Both the position numbers and the translations under genes were made by a program. The notes beneath the pieces were generated by a model. That model was given only the letters and a program-made list of their open reading frames with translations, had not been told where the DNA came from and ran no database searches. This document shows, one piece after another, positions 1-13,019 of a DNA stretch of 64,000 nucleotides. Origin of the DNA: Geosiphon pyriformis uo1 (taxonomy: Eukaryota; Fungi; Glomeromycota); contig JAAOMT010000590.1 in the NCBI GenBank assembly GCA_016748015.1, positions 62,001 through 126,000 on the forward strand. Reading direction: 5' to 3'. How positions within the stretch are numbered: the stretch's first letter is position 1; each line of letters starts with the position of its first letter.

Positions 1-891
1 TTTCTATTATTAATTAGCATATATTATTATCATTTCAATTATTACTTATTATTTAATCAAATTAACAATTATCATTATTCAATTAATAATCTGATTTGTA
101 TTATAGAAATTAAAATAATTAAATTACATAATACCCTGAACCATGTAACATAGCCAAAATTCGTCGAAATTAATGAAAATTGGTTAAAATAAACAATAGT
201 TCAGTAAAATAACTTGTAGTTTGCCAAAATGTATCTTTAGTTTACCTAAAATTGTAGCAAAAAAAAAAGTACAAGCTTAAAGACTAGTACTATAACAAGT
301 TGTATAAAAGAAAAGCTTTTTTCTTCAAAAAAATGTATCTTCTTATATCTTATTATAGTATTTTACTTTAGATATCTTAATTTAAACAAATTATCTTTTA
401 CAAAACCAAATCCTTAAATTATTTACTTGAAATTTTCTCAACACAACTAATGTTTTGAAATTAATCAGCTACTAATTTCAATAAACTGTTAGTGATTTCA
501 GGCCTAAATAGAAAACGTTTTCCTTAACAAAATTTTATTTCTTTTATATTTATTTTATTTTTTTTTACTTTTTTTATTATAATTATTAAGGTAGCTTACA
601 GACAAGATTTCTGTAGAAGAGTTGATTTTCACAACAAAATAATTACACATTTTTAGTAAGCTTTCAGATGAACAATTCCTGGAAAAGAGTTAACATTTAC
701 TACAATGTAACTATATAAGTAACTGGTATAGAATTGGTTATTCCACTTATAAGCCCAGCAGTTTAAATTATAAGAAATAATTTAAAAGTAAATTTAGTTA
801 TTGAAGATTCAACTATTTCTAGAAAATATGAATTCACAACAAACAAACATTAATAACATTAAAAAAAAGAGACCAAAAACCTCCAGTAACA
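1..891 (+). repeat. Family-B LTR (5' end outside window), inserted into an older family-B element
   Basis: Colinear with LTR 16782-17751; ends ...CCTCCAGTAACA at 891; followed by CCAA rather than a PBS, so a 3' or solo LTR. Confidence 0.9.
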
Positions 892-2106
892 CCAAATTTG
901 ATTTTATGGTTATTACTTTTACTAGACAGAAAAATATTAAGAACATAATATTTTAGACACTATTGGTTATTACAAAACATTACACATTCTTCATATTGTT
1001 GAATGTTTATCTGCTTTAATTATTGAATTTAAGCTTTTTTGGTTAGATAAATGTAACTTGTAATTTGGTGGTAAGTTATGACTTTATTTTCATAGTTATA
1101 TTCAGCAATTTTGAAAGTGTATTTAATATATTTAGCTTTTTTTATTTAATAAACATCTTTTTGGGTTTTTTTATTGATTAGACTTATAGTCAATTTATAG
1201 ATTATTTTAACATTATATAGGTAATAATAGAGTTTGTTAAAAGCACTGTTATATGCTGTATTAAATCAAATTTTTTTTTAACTTTTTTGTAATTGAAAGT
1301 ACATATTAACAAGTTTGATTACAGACTTCTTCTTTTATTATAATATTGATCTAGTTGTATTTTTTTTGTAATATTTTTTTACATATAAAACAAGACATAT
1401 TGTTTCATTTTTTACTTTGTTTGGAGTATTTAAATTACTTCTGATAACAAGTTTTATAGTAATAGCAAGTATGTATTTCATATTTTTTTTCTAAAAATAT
1501 ACAAGCTCCCATAGATAAAAGCTTTTTGTTGCAGTTTTTACACTTAAGTAGAATATAAAATAGTTGTTTTTGTAATTCTGATTTAGAATACCAAACTTTG
1601 TTCCAACTATTGGTTTTTTTAAAAATTTCTTGTTTTGTTTCTTTAGTCTAATTGGATATTAATCTAAGAATTATGTAGGTTTTAGTAATTGGTATTTTTT
1701 TTTAAATTCAAACACAGAGGCTTTTTTTGATTATTTATTAAAAGTATCATATATAGCAAGCATTTTAGTATATTGTTTTTAATATAAAATTTTAAGTTTT
1801 TGGGTTTTTAATCTAAGTTTGTATTGGCTTTAAGAAGCCAATTATTTTTAATAAATGCTTAATATTGAGATGTATTTATAATTAAGACTTTTATTAAAAT
1901 AGTAATTCCATTAATTGTGAAAAAAAAATTAATAATTTTTCTTACTAAAGTCTTTTTTATATTATTGGCTATTACAATTACTGTTTGGACTAATTTGTCT
2001 ATATTTTAATTAAGTTGTTGTATTAGTTGGTAGGTAATAATACTTTTGGCAGATTTATTGTTTAAAATTAACTAAATTTGCTTTTTTTCTACTTTAGTTT
2101 TAATAT
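892..2106 (-). pseudogene. Heavily decayed family-B gypsy pol fragment (protease and Cys-rich region)
   Basis: Minus-strand translation gives LILNNKSAKSII (decayed LILDSGSAGSII) and EECVMFCNNQ*CL, matching element B at about 19850-21056. Confidence 0.8.
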
Positions 2107-2715
2107 TATTATTTATAAAAATTAAAAGTATTGTATATTTAGAAGATTAGCCAATCAGAAGTAGACATAATAACAGAGGAATTTCAAGATTATTTTCAAG
2201 AAATTGCAAGATTTCAGAATTCCAAAATTTCAAAATTTCTCTGAAGAAATTGTAGGGTTCCAGAAATTTTGTATAATACCAATTATGTATATATAACAGT
2301 AACATTAGAAGCAAAAAAAGACAGAATTCAGTTCAGTTTTAATTTAGCATCTCCTTTTTTATCTATTAATTAATCTTCATTTCACAAATAGTTACTGTTA
2401 ACCAAAATGAATTTATTAATCATATCAAATAAAACATACTTATTATCATTTAATCTATATTATTATCATTTAATTAAGAATTTTTATCCAATTTCTATTA
2501 TCAACACTTAACCATATTGAAACAATAGCTTTTAACTATGACTATTAACAGAATACTAATTTTTTCTTTTCTTTTATTCTCTTTTATTTATTTATTTATT
2601 TTTATTTTGTTGTATTATTGTTTTATTAATTGATTAAAGAATTAACACATAGAGTACTGACATCAAAAATAGCACTGGTAAAAGACCCAAAAATAAGAAT
2701 AAACACTCGGAATTT
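2107..2715 (+). repeat. 3'-truncated family-A-type LTR
   Basis: Starts with a transition-decayed TGTTACTCATAGAA; contains AGCCAATCAGAAGTAGACAT, GAATTTC repeats, TATATATAA and the R region shared with 16108-16781; boundaries approximate. Confidence 0.7.
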
Positions 2716-3025
2716 GAAACAACAAACTTTATTCCTAAAGCTATACAAAAATAAATTTACAATAAATTTAAGACAACAACTGGATTAACAGATACTTATT
2801 ACAAACTTAAAGCAGCTTTTAAACTTTATAATCTATTTAATATTTGTAAAAATGTCCTACAAAATTTAATACTCCAATTAATAAAGATTTAATACATTAA
2901 CAAATTCACAAAACTGAAATTTTAACAATTTTCAGACCAAATTACTTAAATCATTTTGGACTACTATTTCAATATTACAAATAGTATTTGAACTTTGATA
3001 AAGCTCAGTTTTAAGAAGAAAATTA
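2716..3025 (+). pseudogene. 3' end of family-B internal region: ORF3 remnant plus polypurine tract
   Basis: Translates AAFKLYNLF...INKFTKLKF*QFSDQIT*IIL...NFDKAQF*, resembling the family-A ORF3 end (NFDRAQY*); AAGAAGAAAATTA abuts the LTR at 3026. Confidence 0.65.
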
Positions 3026-3960
3026 TGTTACCAGTAGAATTTTAGCCATTAAATTAACATAAAATTATCCTTATAATTCTTATTATTAATTAATATATAT
3101 TATTATTATTTAAATTATTACTTATTATTTAATTAAATTATTAAATATTAATATAATCTAATTTGTACAATAAAAATTAAGATGATCAAATTACACAATA
3201 TTTTGAATTATATAACATTCAAAAATTTGCCAAAATTTGCAAAAATTTACCAAAATAATAAATAGTTTACTATTTAGTTAATAGTTTGCTAAAATAACTT
3301 GTAGTTTGTTAAAATATATTTTTAATTTATCAAAATTATAATAAAAAGAAAAATTCAAGTTTATAAATTAGTATTACAACAAGTTATATAAAAGAAAATA
3401 TATTTTATTTATAATAATTTTATTATAGATATCTTACTTGAAAATTATTTTTTTAGAAAAAGTCTCTTAATACAAATCAAATAAAAACCAAATACTTAAA
3501 AAATACAAAAATTTGTTAATTAACATTTGAAATTTTAATTAATGTTTTAAAATTAAATTAGCTATTAATTTTAGTAATTTATTAATAACTTCAGGTTTAA
3601 ATAAAAAACAATTTCCTTAACAAAATTTTATTTCTTTTATACTTCTATTATTTTTTTTATTTTTTTTAATATAATTATTAAAATAGTTTACAAACAAAAT
3701 TTTTGTAAAAAAGTTGACTTTTATAGCAAAATAATTACACATTTTTAATAAGTTTTTAGATAAGTAATTCCTAAAAATAAGTTGACTTTTATTACAAAGT
3801 AATTGGCATTAAATTAGCTATTCTACTTATAAGTCCAGCAGTTTAAATTATAGGAGATAATTTGAAAATAAATTCAGTTATCAGAGATTTAACAGTTTTC
3901 AAAAATGTGAATAAACAAATATTAACAACATTTAAAAAAAAACCAAAAATCTTAGTAATA
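3026..3960 (+). repeat. Family-B 3' LTR (strongly decayed)
   Basis: TGTTACCAGTAG...TAGTAATA termini; colinear with 16782-17751; preceded by PPT. Confidence 0.85.
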
Positions 3961-5135
3961 ATATTTCTAAAAATGTGTCATAATTTTCTAAAAATGTACT
4001 TACTTATTAAATACTATTTTTCTATTAGTTTATTTTTATAATCTGTTTTTTTTGTACTTTTTTTCTATAAGTAACAATAATAATAAAAATTTTACCTAAT
4101 GACTTTTATGACCAATTTGGTTTTTTGTTAATTAGAATAGATTATTTGCTTGGTATTGTTAAGTTTTTTGTAGTTAGTTTTGGTTTATATAAAATATGTT
4201 TGTTTTTTTTAAGCATAGACAATAATACAGAAGTTTATATAAATATGTAGTATTGTTTTAATTGACTTAAATAACTGGTTATATATAGCAAGTATATAAG
4301 TTATATTTAGTTAGATTTATTTAGTTTGTTTTTGTATACTAGATAGTGATTAAGTTGTATTTATTAATAATAATAATAATAATAATAAATAAACCAAAAG
4401 TTATTTAAATACTATTTTAATTATTAAAAAACAAATTACTATAATTAATAATAATAAAATACATACTATTATTAAGTCAAAAAAATTATTAATAGAAAAA
4501 AATTAATAATAAAATAGATAAATATATACTTAAATATATAATAATAATTATATTATTGTTTTTTAATATAATTAAAAAACAATTAAAAAAATTTATATAA
4601 AAAACAAATAAGCTTTAAATTAATTTAATAAAATTATAAAAAACATAAAACTCTTATAAAAATACAATAAAAATATATCCAATATTTTTTCTTATTTATT
4701 TATTTCTCTTTTTTAATTTTTTATCTTTAAGTATTTAAATATTTGTAAATAAAAAACTAATTGGTATTTCTTAATTTGTATTGTTAAAATTAATTTAAAA
4801 AATATTTGTTTGCTTTTGTAATTTTTTGAATAAAAAAACAATTAAAAAGCACAATACCTATTATTGATTTTTAAATCACCAAGTAAAACATAAAATAATC
4901 GCAATAGTGTTATTTTATTAACAATCATAAACTATTTTTCTATTTTCAAATTTTCCAAAAAAAATTAAGTGATTCTAAAATTGATTACACACATTGAATC
5001 TTTACAAATTCAATTCGTTTCTTTGATTGAATTTCCTTTTTTATTATTTCCATTACTCAAACCCGTAACAATATATTGTTCAATTAATTAATCTAAAATA
5101 TTGAATTGTTAATCTAATAAAAAATCATGTCATTT

Positions 5136-6050
5136 TTATTTTTCATACACAAGTGGCATCATTGATCGCAATAGTGACTTAACATTTTCATGTTTAGCCA
5201 ACTTTAAAGGATCAGGCCATGCACACAAAAGCTGTTTCAAAATACTAATATCATCATCACTCAATTTATCCAGGCAACGATACAAAATCTTATCCAACCC
5301 TAATCCAGATAGACAATATTGTGCCTTTGCTTTCCCTGCTTTCTCTGCTTCAAGTCGTGCCTTCTTTTGTAACTTAGTGTTAAAGGCTGGAAAGCTCTCG
5401 ATATAAAATGAATCCAAAGCTGGCTCTGGAGCACCCAGCTGAAGATATAGAGACAGGTAGGGATTTTGGTTTTCCTCTGTAGTTTTACCTTTATAGACAA
5501 ACTCCCTCGAGAGTTTACTTGTGGCTGATGAAGGCCAATGAGCATCGTAAACCTTACTCCAATTCTTGACTTGAATTAGAAAGTAAGACATTGAATCAAC
5601 TGAAATAGGACTAGATCCATCCCAATCCAACAAAACTGGAATTATCAAGTCAACTCCTGCTTGGTTACGTTTACATATCACAGCTGCGAAGCGAATGAAT
5701 AGAGTTCTCAATTGTGTCTGGTTTGGGGTGTAAGTAACCGGAATGAAGTGTGTAAATGCAAGTAAACCATTAGCCAACTTTTGAGGGAAACTTTGAATAT
5801 GTTCGTCATAGTTCTCCTGCCCGAAAAGAGATATCAAAAACTCCTTCACTCTAATTGGGCGTGAAACAAACTCCTTCGAATATCCTAGATTTCCCAAGTG
5901 TGGTGATATATCTCTATCTCTAGTAGCATGATCCCAAGCGATCATTAAAAGTAAACGGGCGACCAACTCTCCACGATAGCCAGGTTCTATATAACCAGTG
6001 TGTAATGCATCTAGTAGAAAGTGGAGTAGTTTTCTCAACACATTCTGGTC
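5136..6050 (-). CDS. 3' exon of a host gene; putative PD-(D/E)xK restriction-endonuclease-fold domain of the Crinkler-like (NTPase+REase) type; 5' part lies in the N gap
   Basis: Stop-free 301+ codons with normal GC and CpG content; motifs GYRGELVARLLL, FTHF, NQAGVDLIIPV, LIQVKN; the frame is open into the gap at 6051-6723. Confidence 0.7.
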   Translation of the reverse strand, partial: DQNVLRKLLHFLLDALHTGYIEPGYRGELVARLLLMIAWDHATRDRDISPHLGNLGYSKEFVSRPIRVKEFLISLFGQENYDEHIQSFPQKLANGLLAFTHFIPVTYTPNQTQLRTLFIRFAAVICKRNQAGVDLIIPVLLDWDGSSPISVDSMSYFLIQVKNWSKVYDAHWPSSATSKLSREFVYKGKTTEENQNPYLSLYLQLGAPEPALDSFYIESFPAFNTKLQKKARLEAEKAGKAKAQYCLSGLGLDKILYRCLDKLSDDDISILKQLLCAWPDPLKLAKHENVKSLLRSMMPLVYEK

Positions 6051-6723
6051 NNNNNNNNNNNNNNNNNNNNNNNNNNNNNNNNNNNNNNNNNNNNNNNNNN
6101 NNNNNNNNNNNNNNNNNNNNNNNNNNNNNNNNNNNNNNNNNNNNNNNNNNNNNNNNNNNNNNNNNNNNNNNNNNNNNNNNNNNNNNNNNNNNNNNNNNNN
6201 NNNNNNNNNNNNNNNNNNNNNNNNNNNNNNNNNNNNNNNNNNNNNNNNNNNNNNNNNNNNNNNNNNNNNNNNNNNNNNNNNNNNNNNNNNNNNNNNNNNN
6301 NNNNNNNNNNNNNNNNNNNNNNNNNNNNNNNNNNNNNNNNNNNNNNNNNNNNNNNNNNNNNNNNNNNNNNNNNNNNNNNNNNNNNNNNNNNNNNNNNNNN
6401 NNNNNNNNNNNNNNNNNNNNNNNNNNNNNNNNNNNNNNNNNNNNNNNNNNNNNNNNNNNNNNNNNNNNNNNNNNNNNNNNNNNNNNNNNNNNNNNNNNNN
6501 NNNNNNNNNNNNNNNNNNNNNNNNNNNNNNNNNNNNNNNNNNNNNNNNNNNNNNNNNNNNNNNNNNNNNNNNNNNNNNNNNNNNNNNNNNNNNNNNNNNN
6601 NNNNNNNNNNNNNNNNNNNNNNNNNNNNNNNNNNNNNNNNNNNNNNNNNNNNNNNNNNNNNNNNNNNNNNNNNNNNNNNNNNNNNNNNNNNNNNNNNNNN
6701 NNNNNNNNNNNNNNNNNNNNNNN
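6051..6723. other. Assembly gap (N run)
   Basis: 673 N. Confidence 1.
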
Positions 6724-7005
6724 AAGAAAGCAATAGTTAATTAACATCATAAGAGTATATCGAACGTTCTCTCAAATAGATGAAAACAGGTATAGATGAT
6801 AGATAACGGAGGTGAAGAGTAAAACTTAAATTAAGAGCTAACATTAAGTCAAAAGGTTTTATTATTGAGTTAAATGCAAAGCAATTTTGGAAGCAAGAGG
6901 CAGAAGTGAATGAGCACAAATTAGTCAAATGAACGAATGATAATGGTAATAGGGTGGATAAGAAAGTACTTTTTTATCCCAACCATTTCCCAACGCCCGA
7001 GTTAC

Positions 7006-7474
7006 CTGTCTTAGTTGTTTCCATCAACGTATTTTGTAATTTTTGCATCTGCAACTCCCATCTATCTTTACTCGTTTTTAGCTCGTTCATGTCTACTTTT
7101 AACTCGTTCTTTTCTACTTTTAGCTCCTTCACTTCTTCTTCTAGCTTTTCTTTTTGCTTTTCTATTTGCTTTTCTAGCTTTTCTTTTTGCATTTCTAGCT
7201 CTTGCATATCTTCTATCCACCAATGCTTTTCGTTTTCCTTCTTGTACTTCTCCTGTCTCAAATTTTTCTTCAATTCACGTAACTCATCTTCCTTTTCACG
7301 TAACTCATCTTCCTTTTCACGTAACTCATCTTCCTTCTCACCCTCCATTAACTTTTTTAGCTTCTCCTCCTTTTCCTTCAGCTTCTCCTCCTTTTCCTTC
7401 AGCTTCTCCTCGCATTTATCATACTGGGTCTTAGCGTATTCTAATTCACGTTCGATTTTGTCCACACTAGCCAT
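7006..7474 (-). CDS. Probable first exon of the same gene; E/K-rich coiled-coil N terminus
   Basis: ATG at 7474 in GCAAAACACCATGG context; heptad-rich translation; donor AG|GTAACT at 7006/7005; pyrimidine-rich intron running to TTAAC...CTTTCTT at the gap edge (6724). Joining to the 3' exon is inferred. Confidence 0.65.
7273..7410 (-). repeat. Coding 21-bp tandem repeats (EKEDELR x3; EEKLKEK x2-3)
   Basis: AACTCATCTTCCTTTTCACGT and CTTCTCCTCCTTTTCCTTCAG units seen directly. Confidence 0.9.
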
Positions 7475-9399
7475 GGTGTTTTGCGTGTTTGTTAAGGTTT
7501 GGGAAGATATGGCCTAATATATGTTTGGTTCGTGTCAATGACGTTTCAGATCTTTGATTTATCAGTATAAATTTAACAAACCCCGTTATTGTTAAATTAT
7601 AACAATAATCAGAGTTTTTAACCCCTGCAGTATGCCTACATCATATAATTGTTATTTAATAATTATTGTATTGTGCAATATTTCATTAATATGTTTATTA
7701 ATGTTGAATAAAATTCGTTTTATTATTTTAAAATAAAAATAATTGTAAGTTTTAAAAATTAGAAATAATACTATTAAAATTGAAAAAAATCAAGCCAGTA
7801 TTAAAATATATTTTTATTATTATTTTATATATTATATTTAACTTAAAAACTTATTAAATAAAAGTTTATGTATTTTAATTTGTAAATAAAACAAATTTAA
7901 TAATGTTATTTTTATGTATTAATTAAATATAATTTAATTAAAACTTAAAATATATAACAAAAATATTACTTACATATTTTTTATATGTAACCAGTAATTT
8001 AAACTTATATTAAACTATATATATATTAAAAAAATTATTTGGTTTTATTTTTATTTATGTATTTAATAACTTTTTATTTAAATACTAATTTAATTTTTAT
8101 TTTAAACATTATATATTTAAGTTTTAATAACTTTATTATACTTTTATATTAATACTTTATATTTTTACAAAATTATTAATTAGTTATTTTTATTTTTATT
8201 AAATAAATTTATTATTTTTTATTATTAAAAAACATATATTATAGTTTTTATAAATTTTTAAACAATAAAACAATAATATTAATAATATTTTTAAAAAAGT
8301 AAAAAAACAGTTTTTTAAAAAAAAAATTCTGTTTTTATTATATTTTTATTACTATTTTACAATAATTTTTTTGTTTTAAACTTAATAGTTATTAATATTA
8401 TAATTAAAAAAAAGTTAATAAATAAAACTATTTATGGTTTTATAAATAATTTTTTTTACACAAAAATTTAAAGTTTTGGTTAAAATATTAAAAACTTAAA
8501 TAATAAGATAAATTAAATTTTAAAAATACTTTTAGATAATATTTGTATTAAATAATTTAAAAATATAAAAATTAATTTTGCAAAAAAAATAAAAATTCTT
8601 TTAAATACTATTAAAAAACAAATAATAAAAGTAAGGCTTTTTTATACTTTTTATTAAATACTTTAAATTTAAAAAAATAAATACAAATAAAATAATAGTT
8701 TTTTTATTTTTTTATTTTATTGTTTTAAGATTTAAATAAAAGTTTTTATAAAAAAATTTTATTTTAGATATTAATTTGTTAATAATTATCAAAAAATTAT
8801 TTTTTATAATAAATAATTTTAAAAGATTATTATTTTATAAAATTATTAAATTTATATTTATTATTAAAAAGAATTTGCAAAAAGTTATTAATTAAAAATA
8901 AAAAATTTAAAAAACAAAAAATATATTTAAATTAAGTTATAATTTTTAAAAAAGTAATTATTTTGATTTTAAAATATTTTTTTTAATTAATAAAAATTTT
9001 ATATATATTGTTAAAACTTATAAAAATTAGTATAATAACAAAAAAATAAATTTACAACTGTATTATTTATGTATATTATTGTTTATAATTTTAAAAATTC
9101 TTTAAATAAATCTAAAAAAATTTATATTATAAATTATATATTATTATTATTAATAAAATATAAAATATTATTATTTATTTTAAAAATAAAAAAATTTTCA
9201 ATCAAATTTATTATATTATTTGTGTTTTTAGTAAAAATTTATTTTTATGTTAAAAAAAATGTTTTTATTTTTTATATAATTATTTTTAATAGTAAATTAT
9301 AAATTTAAATAGTTGTTAGCCAAATTTTTAGTTATAATATATTTTATTTAATGTTTTTTTAATTTATTTTTTTATAAATAAATTTAAAAAAACTCTTTC

Positions 9400-12300
9400 T
9401 TTCATTCATCTCAAATTCCCAAAAAAGAGTAAAAAGTTTTTTGAAAGATGTTTTTTACTATTTAGTACAATAAAACCAAATCATTTTTTGATTTTGAGGC
9501 TATTGTTGGTCCTAATATTGCCATTATGAAGCAGGTTGTTAAAGATTTTGGCTCTGATTGGAGTTTTAAACTCATTTTGTTAAGAAAAAAAAAGAAAAGT
9601 AATGCTTTAAAGAAGAGTGTTGGAAACAAAAAAAAATTTACTAAGATGCCAAATAGCTGTTTATGAGGTTCTGAAGCTGGTAACACCACCAAATCTGATA
9701 ACATTAATATGAAAAAAAAATGTCTGGTAGAGGAAACAAGTTTTGACTATGGTAAAAATAAAGTTTTTGCTAATAGAAATTCTAATCAGATGTCTAAAAA
9801 GCTGAGTGTTTGAATCAAGAAAGCATTAGACAAGCCTTTAAGGAAAATAGATTTTTCAGGTCATAATAATATAGATAATGTTCTCTCAGATGCCTCTTTA
9901 AAACTTTTTTTTCTTTAAAAAATTTAGTCAACATTTCTGTTAAAAAATTTTTCACATTAGATATTGGATTAGATAAAGTTTTTGGCAAAATGTCTCAAAA
10001 AAAACTGGTAGTGATCAGAAAATTATTTTCAGAAATCAATGGTTTTGGGAGGGTTTCTACCTTCTCAAAATTTTCTGGAATCATCTGAGTGACATTTACT
10101 TCTGAATTGGGTTTATTGAAAGTCACTGAAAAGACTATTAGTGCAAAAATTATAGTAAATACCAATCTCAAAAAATCTGCTGATCATTTAGATTAGGCTG
10201 TAGTATTAAAGAAAATTCCAGTGGAAATATTAGCTGAGACTGTGTGCACTATGCTATTCGAATTTGGGTTAATTAAGTTAATCAAGATGCAACTAATAAG
10301 TCTATGGCAAAAGATGATCATTGAATTAGAAGATCAAAATCAGGCTGATTTTTTGGCTTCCAAGTGGTCCATTCTTATCAAAAAAATGCTGTTTATGTAG
10401 TCAGAGCTAATCTCAACAAACAGACATGGAATTTTAAGAACTGTCATAGGGCACTACTCTATATTCTTTCTATAAAAACTTGTGCAATTAATTATCATCC
10501 TGTTACATATGTTCAGACCAAGTGTACTGTTGTTTGTGTTAACTCAGCTGAGTTATTGGATGTCATTATGGAAACCACACCAGTGTTGAGAGACATCCAT
10601 CTTTACTAGTCTCATCTCGTTTCTACTAAATATGCCAAATATGAGAAATCTGGTTATATATTTTTATACTGTGCTGCTAATAATAAGATTTTTTTTGGTA
10701 GCTTGTTACACAGAGTTTTTTTGGATGATAATAAAAGCAGGTTGGTAGCCATTTATGCTAAATGTTTAGCTCTAGTTGCCTGTTTTGTCTTTTTTGATGG
10801 TGTTTCTTAGATAAAGATTGTTGGTGAGTTTTCTTTTTTTCTTCTCTCAGTAAATGATAGTCTATCAATTTCTGGCTTCTCTTCAAAAGTAAAGTCTACA
10901 TCTTTGATTATGAAAAACATTAATAATAGATTTACAGTTTTGAAATACAGTTTTGTTAATCTTAGAGGCAAATTAATGAATTGGCTAAAAGATTGGATTA
11001 CTTGTGCCAATAGTTTCTCAGTCTAGCCCTGGATGTCAACTGTTGGTAATTCCCCTATTGTAGAATCAAGTAGGTGATATAATGATAGAAAAGAGCTTGG
11101 AGGAAGCCATTAGTAATAAGACTGCTGCTGTTTTGTGTTCATCTGTTTTCTTTGAAAGAGTTAAATTAGAAAATATAATAGAAAGACTTTCAGTTTTAGT
11201 AATGAGTTTGTCAGCTTATTTTAATGGTCTGGTTCTAGCTGGTGGTGTGTTTTCCCAATCCTCTTTTCAATAAGTAATCTAATTTGGAAAGTTGCTACTT
11301 ATAATGCAAAACAGGATGATATTATTTATTGACACAAAAACATGAACAACTTAATTACTATTTTTACAGAATCAAAACTGAAAGAGAAGATTTGCTTCTA
11401 GATTATCAACAAGTTTGATGGTGCTTGGGTGTTTACTTCTGGTTTGGAATTTGGGTATCTAAGTGTTAGTGTTTTAATAGTCATGAACTTTTCTCTAACA
11501 AAACATGTATACAAAGTTTCTAAAGTGCCTGGCCAGCTTCTCTTTATTAAACTACTCTTTAAAAATAAACTTTTTGTGACAATTTTGGGGCTTTACACTG
11601 GTGCTTCTTTGGTGGTTCAATTTTTTTAGGCTGGTGGAATCAACTTTTTTATTACTAAAGCTATGAACAAATCTTCTTTTGTTATTCTTGGTGGCAATTT
11701 CAATGAGAATGATTTTTATAGATGTGCCAGTTATAAAAAATGCCTTAATATGAGACTAATTAACTTTTTGGTTAAAAGCTCAATAGTGAGAGCACTGACA
11801 TAGAAAAATTTTAGGAGTGTTATAAAAACAATTGATTACATATTTGTTTCTTCAAATTTAGCCAATGCAATAGTACATTACAATATTGTGGATGTTAGTA
11901 AACACTTTAACACTAATTACTGGACTGTCTTTGTGTTCATGGGTTTGGATGGCCTTTTGAATGTGTAATTGAATTTTTTTTACAAACAAGCAAATAAAAA
12001 TTGTTGAAAGTTTGATTTCAAGGGTGTTGATGATGATAAATAAAACAATTTTAAAAGTATTATGTTTGTTAATGCTGTAATGTTTTCTGATGAGTTTGTT
12101 GTTTCTGTAAAGTTCTCAGATCTGGATGCAATGTAAGATATAGTTTGCAAGATAATGACTTTTTTGGCTAATGAAATATTTAAAAAGAAATGGTTCAAAG
12201 ACTTTGATGGTGTATTTATTAAGAAATCTTTGAGATTTTATAGACTGAAGCTTCTTGTTTCAAAAATTGTTAAGGCTTTTTATAAGGAGAGTGTTGTCAG

Positions 12301-13019
12301 CTTTGTTTCCTTTATGAGGCATTGAAACTCTTTGAACAGACCCAAGTTTTTGTTTATTCAGAATCTCATGGACTTTGGTGTGGGCTTTGATTGTGTTTGT
12401 TCTATTTTTTTTGGTATTAGGAAAGTCTATTGTGCATCCAAGCTTGCTAAATCTTTGAGAACTGATAAGACTAACATCAAGTCTGCAATAGATAAAAAAA
12501 TGAAAAACTTTGAAACAAATAAGAATCATACTATCAAGAGTGTGCTGGAACATCCATTCCACAAAATGGTACTAAACTATCTAGTGGTTAGTGATAAGCT
12601 TATTCTGGAGCCTACTATGATTAAATTTAAAGTAGATACAATTATGGAAAAATAGACTAGAAAGCATAATGTGGCTGCTGTTGTTTCTGACAAGTGGTTT
12701 TATCAATGTTAGTTTTTAGAATATGTTTTTAATAAAACATTCTCTGGTGTAATATGTCTGGTCAAATTTGATGAACTGTTTGGTGTGATTTTAGATCTGC
12801 CTGATCACAAAGCTGCTGGTTTCTCAAATATCTCAAATGAGCTGTAAAAACATTGTAACAGATTGGTTCTGGATATGCTTTTGGTGCTTTTGAATACTTG
12901 TCTATCTCATGAATCAGTGCTCAGTTCTTGAAAGGAAGCATAAGTTTTAATGATTCCTAAACCATATGAATGGAAAGATGTTCTTACAAATACTTGTTCT
13001 ATTGCATTGATCAAAATAG
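9400..13019 (+). mobile_element. Decayed non-LTR retrotransposon (LINE, APE-type), 3'-truncated by an LTR insertion
   Basis: ORF1 with RRM-like segment and decayed CCHC knuckle (about 10630-10672); ORF2 with APE and start of RT; 5' boundary approximate. Confidence 0.85.
11280..13019 (+). pseudogene. LINE ORF2: AP-endonuclease and N-terminal reverse transcriptase
   Basis: WKVATYN, TESKL, VILGGNFNE (GDFN), KTIDYIFVS, HFNTNY (TDH); then LPDHKAAGFSNISNEL*K and MIPKPYEW...NTCSIALI (RPIAL), cut at 13019. Confidence 0.85.

Noticed and set aside
2103-3964. ATAT on both sides as a TSD of one element
   Set aside because: The ends belong to different LTR families, the flanks do not rejoin, and the left boundary is uncertain; the left site was excluded from the target-site tally
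5920-6750. Long ORFs of 232-276 aa in the ORF track
   Set aside because: They consist of X from the N gap
6954-7517. Plus-strand Ser/Phe-rich ORFs
   Set aside because: Antisense shadows of the E/K coiled-coil exon
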